In this document: positions 34,391 to 47,205 of the stretch, one piece after another
Layout of the letters: each line of letters opens with the position of its first letter
Numbering within the stretch: position 1 is the first letter of the stretch
DNA from: Octopus sinensis
Lineage: Eukaryota
Length of the DNA stretch: 64,000 nucleotides
Direction of reading: 5' to 3'
Assembly (NCBI RefSeq): GCF_006345805.1
Contig: NC_043000.1
Span: 148,614,001 to 148,678,000 of the forward strand
The notes under the pieces: model-generated
What the model was told of the DNA's origin: nothing
Seen by the model: the letters and a program-made list of their open reading frames with translations, nothing else
Database searches by the model: none
Translations under genes and position numbers: made by a program

Positions 34391-34808
34391 CTCTTTACTC
34401 TTTTACTCTTTTATTTGTTTCAGTCATTTGACTGCGGCCATGCTGGAGCACCACCTTTAGTCGAGCAAATCGACCCCGGGACTTATTCTTTTGTAAGCCC
34501 AGTACTTATTCTATTGGTCTCTTTTTTCCGAACCGCTAAGTTACGGGGACGTAAACACACCAGCATCGGTTGTCAAGCAATGCTAGGGAGACAAACACAG
34601 ACACACAAACACATACACACACATACATATATATATACATATATACGACAGGCTTCTTTCAGTTTCCGTCTACCAAATCCACTCACAAGGCATTGGTCGG
34701 CCCGGGGCTATAGCAGAAGACACTTGCCCAAGATGCCACGCAGTGGGACTGAACCCGGAACCATGTGGTTGGTTAGCAAGCTACTTACCACACAGCTACT
34801 CCTGCACC
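34391..34808 (-). mobile_element. SINE-B, full length
   Basis: Matches other B copies. Confidence 0.92.
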
Positions 34809-36140
34809 TAATAGTCACAGGAAGAAAAGGAAAGGTGACAAAGTGAGCTGGAACTAAAAACTCGACTGTACCTAAAACGTAATGGTGTGCAGTCACCCAA
34901 GAAAACTTTAAAGAATGGCGATATCATTTGGCCAAAACTACGACCCATACGTTCTTAAATACTATCCTTTACAGACACATATACTATTGCAGAGACGCAT
35001 GTACGAACACTCGTACGAGTAAGAATATGTACTCATGCATATATGCTATGAAGACAGCTGTGTCATTTACACAAATTATATCTATGAAAAATCTTAATAA
35101 AAGGAATAGAAGGAAGGCGGACATTGGATGTGAGCTTGAAAAAGAGTAAGATGGAAGACAAAATAGTGTGAGGCGAATATTGGAACCTCACAGAGTAGAG
35201 GTCCAGAGGATAAAAATGAAATGCTCTGCTTTGTCTTTGATGAGTCTCGTTTGAACCATAATTTTGGAGAATACAACAGACTAAGTAGAGTACCTCGTTC
35301 AGTTAAGATGACGAGTTGCGTGTTTGAGAGCTCCTGGTACGTTGGTTAAGAACATGGAGATGTCCCCAGAAACGATCGCCCAAATAACGTTCCTAATTAC
35401 AATATATTGCAAATTTTCTTATTCTGCAGTTTATAAGATTGGAGATAGACAAGCTTAACTTCAATAAACTTGCTTTGAACAATAAAAAGATTAAATCCCG
35501 CTTCTTTGAATTAAGTATTGGTGCGATTGATGCAACAGCTCGCCAATGAATATATTTAAAAAGGGCAAAAATAATATGGGTTTACCATTTGTCATCCATT
35601 CTCATTCAAGCAAAGATTAAATTTAATCAGAATCTTTCAATAAACAAACTAAAAATACGCAATCCATTTACATTTTAGCTTACGATGATATATCTAAACT
35701 CGAGATTAAATCATCGGGGTACATTGGAAGGAAACCAATGATTATTTACCTAAGTAGACAACAGGGGGAGCCACATGATTATTTACTAGAAGTGGATTAT
35801 TAATCTATAAGAAACCCACGAATTTTTTTTTGTTATTTACGCTTGCATTTTCTCATCAGACAAACTTCGTTTTGCAATCAACGTCGTAATTTTTTTTTAA
35901 TCTTTGTTTTGTTTTATAATAATGTTCTTAAGGACTGGCTAAAAACATTAACTTTTTTATTGTCTTATTTTAACATCCCGCTGCTTGTATCTACGTAACG
36001 CACGTCTGTATTTACTTTGTTAATTGTGTGCCGGAATGTATTTTCTTAGAATCAACAACGCATAACTGCGAAACAATTTTGTAACGTAATATCTTTGATA
36101 ATTAACTAAAAGTATTTATCTGTCTGTCTATCGACTAGAA

Positions 36141-36429
36141 CACGGGGTTCTCAGCTGGGGTTATGGGAACCAAGGGCTGCAGATATGGGACTCCATCTCT
36201 AGTATCATTTTCTGTAAGTAAATCCCAACAATATCCCTTTTGATTTTCTTTCCCGTTTTCTTCCTGGTTATCTTTGGGTAAAGTAAAACCCATAAATATT
36301 GGAACTTTTTGGAGTGATACCTGTATGTAATAGGAGTAGTGATGATGATTTAGACAGTCTGAGGAACGGGGAGACATATTAGAACGACCCGTTGGGGGTC
36401 TGGAATCGTAAAAAGGTCACGAACCTCTG
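36141..36429. mobile_element. hAT (Charlie-like) MITE, decayed
   Basis: Termini cacggggttctcagctgggg ... aaaaaggtcacgaacctctg resemble CAGGGGTTCTCAA/TTGAGAACCCCTG; 8-bp flanks gactagaa / tactaaaa match at 6 of 8. Confidence 0.55.
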
Positions 36430-37364
36430 TACTAAAAGATAAAAATAAAATATCTTTCCATCAGGTCTATTGACTTCAGACAAGACATGTTTCGTAATTT
36501 GGTATTTGATATATTTAGAGGAATGGAATTTTGCTAGCAATCGATTCTATACCTGTAACCATTATTAGTATTGCATTTGTTCTTCCCTACCAACTCTAAA
36601 GCATGTTGCTGTTGTTGTTCTTGTATATCATATTTATTTTCAGTTAATATGTCCAGAAAAACACATTATCCAATTCGTCCTTTATTTTAATATGGTATGG
36701 TGTTGGGAGAAATGTGGCTGCTATTTCTAGTCGGTCGGTCTATCATGTCCATGCTCCTTCGTGTCTCAAATTAAATGGTTGTTCATATTATTGTTTGATT
36801 TTTAGAAATTTCTCATGAATAATGGGTACAGCTTTCTTAGCTTTATTAGTTCAATGATTACCATGTACTTACATGTGTAGGGTGCAGATGTTGAAATGAC
36901 TGGATGATTTATATATTAGATTATTATCCAATATGTTACGAGTGTAAACCTGCAGCAGATGTTGTGTCCAAGCAGGGCATATAATTATACCTACGCCAGT
37001 AATATTTATATGAAAAGTAATAGGAAACCACACCGGTCTACCTTTTCCTAGAAAGCCAGGTATTTGCTTAAATCAACAGAACTACAAGTTGTTTTCGGCT
37101 TCCTGCTATACATACACAATTTTTTAGCTATCACCTCCTCAATTCAAATATTCATGGACTTCGATCAAAACTTGATCCCTCTCATCAAATCCTATTAACA
37201 AGCAATCAATGCGTCCTATCTTTTTCTTTATGACACAAATCTCTGACCCTTTATCTCTAAATAACTTGAAAATGAATACTGCCTTCACCACGTAGAGGAA
37301 GTCGCCATTACAACAAACTAGAACACTAAATGTACGGGTGTTTGAATACAGGAGGTGTAATGGT

Positions 37365-38615
37365 TTTAAATTTTGGCAAAGGGCCTGCAGTTTTTGAGGG
37401 GTGGGTGAAGTCGATTACGTTGAACCAGTATTTGACTGGTACTTATTTTATCGACCCCGAAAGAATGAAAGGCAAAGTCGACATCGGCGTAATTTGAGCT
37501 CACAACGTAAAGACGAACGAAATGGCGCTAATCATTTTGTCCGGCGTGCTAACAGTTCTTATTTCTTTACTGCCCGCAAAGGGCTGCACACAGAGGGGAC
37601 ACACAAGGACAGACAAACGGAATAAGTCGATTACATCGACCCCAGTGCATAACTGGTACTTTATTTATCGACCTCGAAAGGATGAAAGGCAAAGTCGACC
37701 TCGGCGGAATTGGAACTCAGAACGTAGCGGCAGATGAAAGACCTATTTCTTTATTACCCACAAGAGGCTAAACATAGATGGGACAAACAAGGACAGACAA
37801 AGGGATTAAGTCGATTACATCGACCCCAGTGCGTAACTGGTACTTTATTTATCGACTTCTAAAGGATGAGAGGCAAAGTCGACCTCAGCGAAATTTGAAC
37901 TCAGAACGTAAAGACAGACGAAATACCGCCAGGCATTTCGCCCGGCGTGCTAACGTTTCGGCCAGCTCGCCGCCTTAGCGGAGCTTAATAATCCTTTCTA
38001 CAATAGGTACAAGGCCTGAAATTTATGGAAGGAGGCTAGTCGATTACGTCGACCCCCAATGCTCAACCGGTACTTATTTTATCAACTCCGATATGGTGAA
38101 AGGCGAAATCGAACTTGGCGGAAATTGAGCTCAGAACATAAAGACGGACGAAATGCCGCTAAGCATTTTGTCTGGTATGCTAACGATTCTGCCAGCTCGC
38201 AGAATATATAAGCCAGTGGAGGCGGCGAGCTGGCAGAAACGTTAGCACGCCGAGCGAAATACGTAGCCGTATTTCATCTGCCGTTACGTTCTGAGTTCAA
38301 ATTCTGCCGAGGTCGACTTTGCATTTCATCCTTTCGGGGTCGATTAAATAAGTACTAGTTACGCATTGGAGTCGATATAATCGACTTAATCCGTTTGTCT
38401 GTCCTTGTTTGTCTTCTCTGTGTTTAGCCCCTTGTGTGTAGTAAAGAAATAGGTATTTCTCCCGTTTTTACTTTCTGAGTTCAAATTCCGCCGAGGTCGA
38501 CTTTGCCTTTGATCCTTGCGGGATCAATAAAATTGATACCAGTTGACTATTGGGGTCGATCTAATGATTTATCCCTCTCCCTGATCTTGTTAATCTTGTG
38601 CCAAAACTTGAAAGC
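37365..38615. mobile_element. Dense SINE-A cluster: A1(-), A2 dimer(-), A1(-), A2(+) joined to an A1 body(+)
   Basis: Continuous alignable SINE-A segments; orientation switches at ~38200-38220. Confidence 0.85.
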
Positions 38616-38959
38616 GACATACAACCCGGTGGAGCTTGCTCTGTGCAAAATAATACTTTTACAGTAACTAAACTCTGAAACGGAATATATACTAGCTAGA
38701 GAAATACAATAAGCACAGGCATGGTTTTGTGGTTAAGAAGTTCGCTTCGCAACCACGTGGTCCTGGGTTCAATCCCGTTGTGCGGCAACATAGGCAAGTG
38801 TCTTTTCTATGTACTTGAATGCTATGTAAGTTGAATTTGGTGTGAGGAAAGTGGGAAGATGCTCGTCGAATAGGATCGAGTTAGATTTACTGCTGTATGA
38901 TAGAATTTATTCTAGAAGACAATAATCTTTTCTACTTTAGGCACAAGGTATATATATAA

Positions 38960-39377
38960 ATTCTTTTACTTTTTTACTCTTTTACTTGTTTCAGTCATTT
39001 GACTGTGGCCATGCTGAAGCACCGCCTTTAGTCAATCAAATCGATCCCAGGACTTATTCTTTGTATGCCTAGTACTTATTGTATCGGTCTCTTTTGCCGA
39101 ACTGCTAGGTTACGGGGACGTAAACACATCAGCATCGGTTGTCAAGCGATGTTGTGGGGACAAACACAGACACACAAACATATACATACACACATACATA
39201 TATATACATATATACGACGGGCTTCTTTCAGTTTCCGTCTACCGAATCCACTCTCAAGGATTTGGTCGGCCCGAGGCTATAGTAGAAGACACTTGTCCAA
39301 GGTGCCACGCAGTTGGACTGAACCCGGAACCATGTGGCTGGTAAGCAAGCTACTTACCACACAGCACTCCTGCGCCT
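38960..39377 (-). mobile_element. SINE-B, full length
   Basis: Matches other B copies. Confidence 0.9.
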
Positions 39378-39390
39378 ATGTGTGTGTGTG

Positions 39391-39702
39391 TGAATGCGCG
39401 TGGCTTAGTGGTTAGGGGCATTCGGCTCATGATCGTAAGGTCGTGAGTTCAATTCCCGGCGGCGCGTTGTATCCCTGAGCAAGAGATTTTATTTCACGTT
39501 GCTCCAGTCTACTCAGCTGGCAAAAATGAGTAGTACCTGTATTTCAAAGGACCATCCTTGTCACACTGAATATCCCCGAGAACTACGTAAAGGGTACACG
39601 TGTTTGTGGAGTGCTCAGCCACTTACACGTTAATTTCACGAGCAAGCTGTTCCGTTGATCGTATCAGCTGGGACCTTCCTCGTCGCAACCGACGGAATGC
39701 TC

Positions 39703-39703
<1 letters not shown>
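39391..39703 (+). mobile_element. Chimeric SINE: F-type (CORE-like) head with C-type tail
   Basis: gcgtggcttagtggttag...gagttcaattccc...ccctgagcaagagattttatttcacgttgctccag, then gtacctgtatttcaaagg...gttccgttgatc...gacggaatgctcc. Confidence 0.85.
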
Positions 39704-39784
<81 letters not shown>

Positions 39785-42700
39785 TATATATATATTTGTG
39801 TATGTACGTGTACGCATGTGTATGTGTGTGTGTATATGTGTGTGTGTATAGATAGATAAATGCTATAAAATAGCGAACTGAAATGAATTGAATTAGTATG
39901 ATCAATACTGATTCAAGACAAGTCAATACAATAAATTGCACTGAAGTAAATTGAATTATATCTTTATGCTTCTTCGTTTGCGTTCACGTGATTGAGTAGG
40001 AAATATAATTTTGCTCGTTTTATCAGTATATTTCCTTGTTAAGAATTCTAATTATTATGTTTGACTATTCACAATAACGAACGGTTGAACATGGACAATA
40101 ATGTGCATATAACAGGCCTTGTGTATGTGCACCTGATTAGAGAGTTTATTTTTATTATTCTAGTTTAAACATCTGTTGACATGCAGGCATGTCTAAAATG
40201 GCGGCTACTGGGTGGCGGTTTGGACTGTGGCAGTAACAGTAGTGGTGGTGGCGGCTGTCGTGGTCGTATAAGTGACACTAGATGGGTCTTTTTTTAGTGC
40301 TTATTTCCTAATCAGAATGCTGGAAGGAAACCGAATATATGCTAGCGACGAAAATATATTGTAGGGGTCAACAAGCCCAGGCACGGCTCAGTATGGACGA
40401 GTGCCTGGAACCACAGGAATATCATAGATATTTTAGAAGCAATGCACTCTGTTACTTTACTCGTCCAGTTGTACTTTAATCGTCTGTTCGTTTACCTACA
40501 CTTTATTACTATTAGTTTGGTTATTGTATTATTATTTGCTTTTCAGGAATCGCATTTTTGCCTTCTTTTATTTTTTTGAATTTGAAGTATACGTGTTTTG
40601 CAGACAACAATGTCGGCATTTTCTTTTGTATTTTCTTTGGTCGTGCTCATGTTATTGATGTTATTGTTTTTTATTGTATAACTGTTGTCGTTATTCTTAT
40701 TGTTCTTTTCTGTTTTTTTTTTTGTTGTTTTTTGGGGGGTTTTGGGGGTTTTTTTTGCAAATACTGCTGTTACCTCTCTACTTTTTTTTTGCCGCCCACA
40801 GCGATGATGGCAACTTTTGGCACCATACACTTCGTTGGTTTTAGGATTTTTGAAATAAGTCGGAGCTCAGCGTAGCTCTCGTTGACACACAGAAATATCT
40901 TTCTTGCTGGAAGGTGCCGCGTGGAAACAAAAAGTCATTTCTGTCAAAATAAAACCGCATTCACTCACTTCCCATCCAAACATTCTTTCTTTGGTTTACT
41001 TAGCTTTTTTCTTTTCTATTTCATTTTCTTTCGCTTTGTTCATTCTTTATTTTCTTCAGTTATAATAGAATCTTGAAATAGAGTAACATTCTCTTCTAGC
41101 TGCTTCGTTTTAGGTGGATTTTTTCTTTTTTTTTTTTTTTTTGCATCTGCGTGTATAGTAGGTTTTGGTTGGGGTTTGGGGTGGGGGGTCTTTTTATTAT
41201 TTTTTTTAATAATCCGGTGCAAATCATTTAACATACTTGTATTTCAGGTTCAGTTGCAAACCTGCACCTCTGTCTCAGCAATGTAAAAGAAAAGCAACAC
41301 AGAATTGTGACTATCTAAATAATGTCAATAAGTGCGACGTCGAAAATATTCACCCAAAGCAGAAATACTTTTGTGCTGAAGAACACAAAAGATAGCACTT
41401 TTCTGCAACGAGTTTACTTACAACTAAAAGAAAGAAATAATCTCATGTCTTGAAAATATTCTATCTGAAGCTGGAGATAAATAATTCCTTTGTGTCATAG
41501 ACATGAAAACTTACATATTTCATGTGGGAAGAGTTGAAAGGTTAATGCGTTTCTGCCAGGGCACTGAGTTTATCTCTGTTTCTTAATGCACTCCCTCATG
41601 CATTCTCGAATAGTATATTGGCTGACTCATTCGAGCGTCAGACAAAATCCTACGCTATATTTGATCTGGTTTTTACGTTCTGAGTTCATTTTCCACAGAG
41701 CTCAAATTTATATTTCATCCTTCCGGAGTTGTTAAAAGTTTAGCGTGTAAATATAAAGTCTCCCTTGATTTACTACGGAATATCGCATACCATTATATAA
41801 CATGCGTATTCACTCGTGGAAATAATACAAGAACCAAACTTTAAAACAACAGCGAGACTTTATTCCTCTGCTGAATAACACAGTGGACAAAATAAAGACA
41901 TTACGGATTGTGGTGGTTGTATAGTTTATCCATCGTTTGGATAATTCATCTCTGGTCGTCGTTGGTTGCGCGTGCTTCGTTATAACAGCAGGAAAATAAC
42001 ATGACTCCCCTTCATGAAAACCTTTCACCCCCTCTGTTATAGATGTTTTGTTAACTCAATACGTAGACAGAGGTAGGCTCCAGAATAGATTCAGGTTAGT
42101 CGTTTTAGAATGTATTACACACAATGTGTACTTGACGCGCAGCACTTGAATCAAAGTACAGGACTCAACGAATGTTCCAAACTCATATGATAGGTCAGAC
42201 GACCAATCATTACAGATTAACGTGTGGAGCCTATAAAAGACTAGTCGACTCCAATATGCCATAATAGAAATTAGTCTCGCTACAAAAGTAAAGTATCAAT
42301 CAAGTACAAGGAGCTGTATAGTCGACTGACCGCTCCTTTAAAATGCTGGTCTTGTGCCTAAACTAGAAACAATAAAAGACGGTGAATTATCAAAATCGTT
42401 AGAGCGTCAGAAAAGACCCTGCGGTAATACTTATTCTGGCCCTTTACATTCTGAATTCAAATCTCGCTGAAGTCAGCTTTTCCTTTCATTTTTTTTTTTT
42501 TTTTTTCGGGGTCGATAAAATGATGTACTGGGGTTAAAATTGCTGGTCTTGTTCCTAAAATCAAATCATTGTTATTAATATCAGAAGATAAATGGCTACC
42601 TCTCAGAACTTTGTGGCATCACTCACTCGGTCCGAGGAAGTTGCTCCAGAAGGCGCTCGAAACCTTACTGAAGAAGTCGAATGTGCTGCTGAAAGACATC

Positions 42701-42805
42701 CAGTTCAAAGTGGTATGCAGAAAAGCAGTGTCCGTGTACTCTCAAAACTTCAGGACCGTAGTGTTTCGACACCTCACGTCGAAATCCACGTTGTACCTGT
42801 CAAAC

Positions 42806-43207
42806 AGGCGCAGGAGTAGCTGTGTGGTAAGTAGCTTGTTTACCAACCATATGGTTCAGGGTTCAGTCCCACTGCGTGGCATCTTGGGCAAGTGTCTTCT
42901 GCTATAGCCCCGGGCCGACCAATGCCTTGTGAGTGAATTTGGTAGACGGAAACTGAAAGAAGCCTGTCGTATATATGTATATATATATGTGTATGTTTGT
43001 GTGTATGTGTTTGTCCCCCTAGCATTGCTTGACAACCGATGCTGGTGTGTTTACGTCCCCGTTACTTAGCGGTTCGGCAAAAGAGACCGATAGAATAAGT
43101 ACTGGGCTTACAAAAGAATAAATCTCGGGGTCGATTTGCTCGACTAAAGGCGGTGCTCCAGCATGGCCGCAGTCAAAATGACTGAAACAAGTAAAAGAGC
43201 AAAGAGT
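42806..43207 (+). mobile_element. SINE-B, full length
   Basis: Matches other B copies. Confidence 0.92.
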
Positions 43208-43682
43208 ATATGAATGGTAACAAGATCAGGGATTTACTAGACTTAGTCTGGAGGACGATGCCATGTCAGCCAACTTTTGTCATTGGAGCAAGAATCCACT
43301 CGGAGTATACGGAGTTTGCTCCAGACTATACTCAAATTACCTAAATTTGAAGAAAAAATGGGATATTGTATCGCCTACGCTTTCTCCGGTAGTATTTGTG
43401 GTGCAAGTGTAGTCACATGGATTGAAACATACTGACATAATATTAACAATGTTGAACTAAAACATTATACTTGTGTGTTGTATATATTCTGAGGTTAATA
43501 GTTACTGAATAAAATATTTTATACTGGCTGGCAAACTGTTATTCTACGTCATGTTTTCTGAAGTGTTAGATATGAACACTTTGTGAGTTCACGGAGACGG
43601 ATTCTGAAATGTTTGATAACTACTACCGCATGAAAATGTTAACTTTTTAAGCTCCCATGACCGTATGCGAACACTCCCAGAT

Positions 43683-44055
43683 GATGGAAGCACTCCGTCG
43701 GTTACGACGACGAGGGTTCCGGTTGATCCGATCAACGGAACAGCCTGCTCGTGAAATTAACGTGTAAGTGGCTGAGCACTCCACAGACACGTGTACCCTT
43801 AACGTAGTTCTCGGGGATATTCAGCGTGACACAGAGAGTGACAAGGCCGGCCCTTTGAAATACAAGGTACAACAGAAATAGGAAGTAAGAGTGAGAGAAA
43901 GTTGTGGTGAAAGAGTACAGCAGGGATCACCACCACCCCCTGCCGGAGCCTCGTGGAGCTTTAGGTGTTTTCGCTCAATAAACACTCACAATGCCCGGTC
44001 TGGGAATCGAAACCGCGAGTCCGCTGCCCTAACCACTGGGCCATTGCGCCTCCAC
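43683..44055 (-). mobile_element. SINE-C, full length
   Basis: 12-bp TSD acactcccagat at 43671-43682 and 44056-44067. Confidence 0.93.
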
Positions 44056-45832
44056 ACACTCCCAGATTGATAAGCTCGACGTTACTGATGTTCAACTTGA
44101 AATTCTATAGTTTCATGCATGTAGAGAGGCTTGGGCCAGAAGGAAGATTCAAAGTAATGTAGTACTGGGAAGAAAAGATGGAGAAACTTGTTCAGAGCTA
44201 GATTGGCATGAGATACAGGGGTGATGTCATATGTAAAGGATAGGCAATTGCATTAGATGTGCCTAAATAGAAGTGGTACACGACTAGATATTTCAAAAGA
44301 ACATAAGCTTTTATAATACAACAGAAGAGGCAGCAAGTTGAAGCACGCTTCTGACAAATAGTAATTGCAATATGTTCGCGGGATCTTTGTGGTTTCGTTC
44401 ACACTGTCCGATTTTGTTCAAATTTTCAACATTACTACTGTTTTGCATGCAAATGGCAAAAGACCCATACATTTTTTATACAAATTAATAATATGAAAAA
44501 GTTATGAATTTTTAAAGTTTGAAATTTTAACCAGTCAGAAGCCTCCATTATCGACATACCGGAAGTAGCATTTGTCTCTTTTCATAACAGCATTACCCAT
44601 TTGTCTATTTCCTGTTTTCAATCAGATGTTTGAACCAGTTCAAGCTGTAGGGTTAGGGTTTAGAGTTAGGGTAGGGTTTAGAGTTGAGGTCTAGAATTAT
44701 GGCTAAGTTTTAGAGTTGGGTTAGGGTGCAGGTACGAAAACTGAGACTCTTACAAAAACTGTTTGAGTGTATAGAAGAATTTCATCATTGTTGATCTATT
44801 TTCTTTTTCTCATTTCGGAACTCTATACTTTTCACAAAATTACAAACAGCATATGTGACGTGCATTGGTTTTACACGGAAACCTAAACTACTTTTTGGAT
44901 CCAAAAAGTTATATGGTATTCATCAACACATACTAATACGGAGAAGACTATCAGGAAAGATCCCATATATTACTGTTGTTGTTGGTGTTTAAATCCAAAT
45001 CGGTCCTGCTCAATCATACCTATAACCAAATGGCTTTCCAGCTTGTCCAAGCTGTCACTTTTTCACGCATCGTGTATCAGATTAAACTGATTTGTCATTT
45101 TTTAGATAATAATGTACAATTTTATAATAACTTAGCATTTCGTTTATTAAGTCCAGCGACCATATACAACTTACTTGATTAATAGGAAGTCCTATCATTT
45201 AAACACAGAAAAATTCTTAATTTCGATTTTCAAACCGTCCTCGAGAGATTTAAAAGAGCATCAACGAGGAATCGATATTGCCTTCTCCACCACAGTAAAG
45301 GTCATACTTAAAGAAAAAAATATGAAATGCAAATAAAAAATAAATATCTAAAATGAATTTAACTTCTAACGACTTCAAAGTGAGCTGGTATTTTTAAAAA
45401 ATGAATATTTTTGCACATATTCTTTTTTAAATGCGAAATGGCTAATACAGTTGTATTTGTTTTTCTTAGAAAAAATGTTTAAGAAAAATTTGATCAATAT
45501 AAACGTTCTTTGAACCAGGAGCCATTTTGTATTTGTTTGGCTGTTTTATGAAGTTTTCTTTTCAAGTGAACATGACAGAATTTCATGTTCGTAATACAGC
45601 ATGTTAGTCAGAAAAGAAACAGTTATCGTACTATTTTACCAAGAAAGAAGAGGCCGAAGGAAGAAGACAATGGGTTTCCATTCATGATAAAATAGCAATA
45701 ACCAATTCTCTTTCAAAGATATATTTTTTTAATTGTGAACATGAACAAGTGCATGACCTTCTGCGTATGTGAATGCGTGTGTAGTTTTACAAAGAGAACT
45801 CGATACATATAGCTTAATGTACACATACATAT

Positions 45833-46214
45833 AGGAGCACTTCGTCGGTTACGACGATGAGGGTCCCAGCTGATACGATCAACGGAACAGCCTGCTCGTG
45901 GAATTAACGTGTAAGTGGCTGAGCACTCCACAGACACGTACACCCTTAACGTAGTTCTCGAGGAGATTCAGCGTGACACAGAGTGTGACAAGGCCGGCCC
46001 TTTGAAATACAGGTACAACAGAAACAGGAAGAAAGAGTGAGAGAAAGTTGTGGTGAAAGAGTACAGCAGGGTTCACCACCATCCCCTGCGGGAGCCTCGT
46101 GGAGCTTTTAGGTGTTTTCGCTCAATAAACACTCACAATGCCCGGTCTGGGAATCGAAACCGCGATCCTACGACCGCGAGTCCGCTGTCCTAACCACTGG
46201 GCCATTGCGCCTCC
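45833..46214 (-). mobile_element. SINE-C, full length
   Basis: Matches other C copies. Confidence 0.9.
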
Positions 46215-46271
46215 ACATACATACACACATACATACACACACATACATACATACATACATACATACATACA

Positions 46272-46303
<32 letters not shown>

Positions 46304-46879
46304 ATCTTTTGCTTATTTTAGTCATTAGACTGCGACCACGCTGGGATACTGCTTTGAAGAATTTTAGTCGAACGAATCGATCCCATTGATATTTTTTTTA
46401 ACCCTGGTATTTATTCTATCAGTCTCTTTTGCCGAATTGCTATGTTACGGAAATGCAAACACTACATTTCTGCTTGTCAAGCAGAGGCAGTTATGCGGAT
46501 AAACAGGTTAGATATAATAAATATAACAGTTTGGGTATGAAATACAAAATTTGTATGTATGTATGTATGTATACATGCAACACGGGTGAAAGCAAAAAGT
46601 GGAGACTTTCGGACGATGAATATTTAAGCGTAAGTATATAAATATTTATTTTAATAGATCTAACTTACACAGAGTACAAACGACAGAGAAAGTTAAAGGA
46701 GTGGAATAAAGGTGGTATAGGCCCAACAGCTGTTTCGGGGGGCTCGGAGATTCATCACAATGTTGGCAGACGTTGTTTATCACAATATACGGCTGTAATG
46801 GAAGTAATCGACATTGGATAAGACGAGCCTCCGTAATCAGAGTAGAAAAGATCTTACATTTCAGATCTTAATGCTGAGA

Positions 46880-47205
46880 TGGATGGAAGCACTCCGTCGG
46901 TTACGACGATGAGGGTTCCGGTTGATCCGAATCAACGGAACAGCCTGTTCGTGAAATTAACGTGTAAGTGGCTGAGCACTCCACAGACACGTGCACCCTT
47001 AACGTAGTTCTCGGGGATATTCAGCGTGACACAGAGAGTGACAAGGCCGGCCCTTTGAAATACAGGTACAACAGAAACAGGAAGTAAGAGTGAGAGAAAG
47101 TTGTGGTGAAAGAGTACAGCAGGGATCACCACCATCCCCTGCCGGAGCCTCGTGGAGCTTTTAGGTGTTTTCGCTCAATAAACACTCACAACGCCCGGTC
47201 TGGGA
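46880..47205 (-). mobile_element. SINE-C, 5'-truncated, with a 103-bp flanking duplication
   Basis: 46777-46879 is repeated at 47206-47308. Confidence 0.9.

Noticed and set aside
40610-40681. Signal-peptide-like mini-ORF MSAFSFVFSLVVLMLLMLLFFIV*
   Set aside because: It lies in a T-rich low-complexity tract that yields hydrophobic codons by default; it stops immediately and has no convincing donor
42043-42072. 30-nt phase 1-1 micro-exon candidate (DVLLTQYVDR)
   Set aside because: Splice signals are plausible, but no partner exon or homology supports it
43244-43328. 10-bp inverted repeat tagtctggag/ctccagacta
   Set aside because: Too short to be significant; no TSD or second copy
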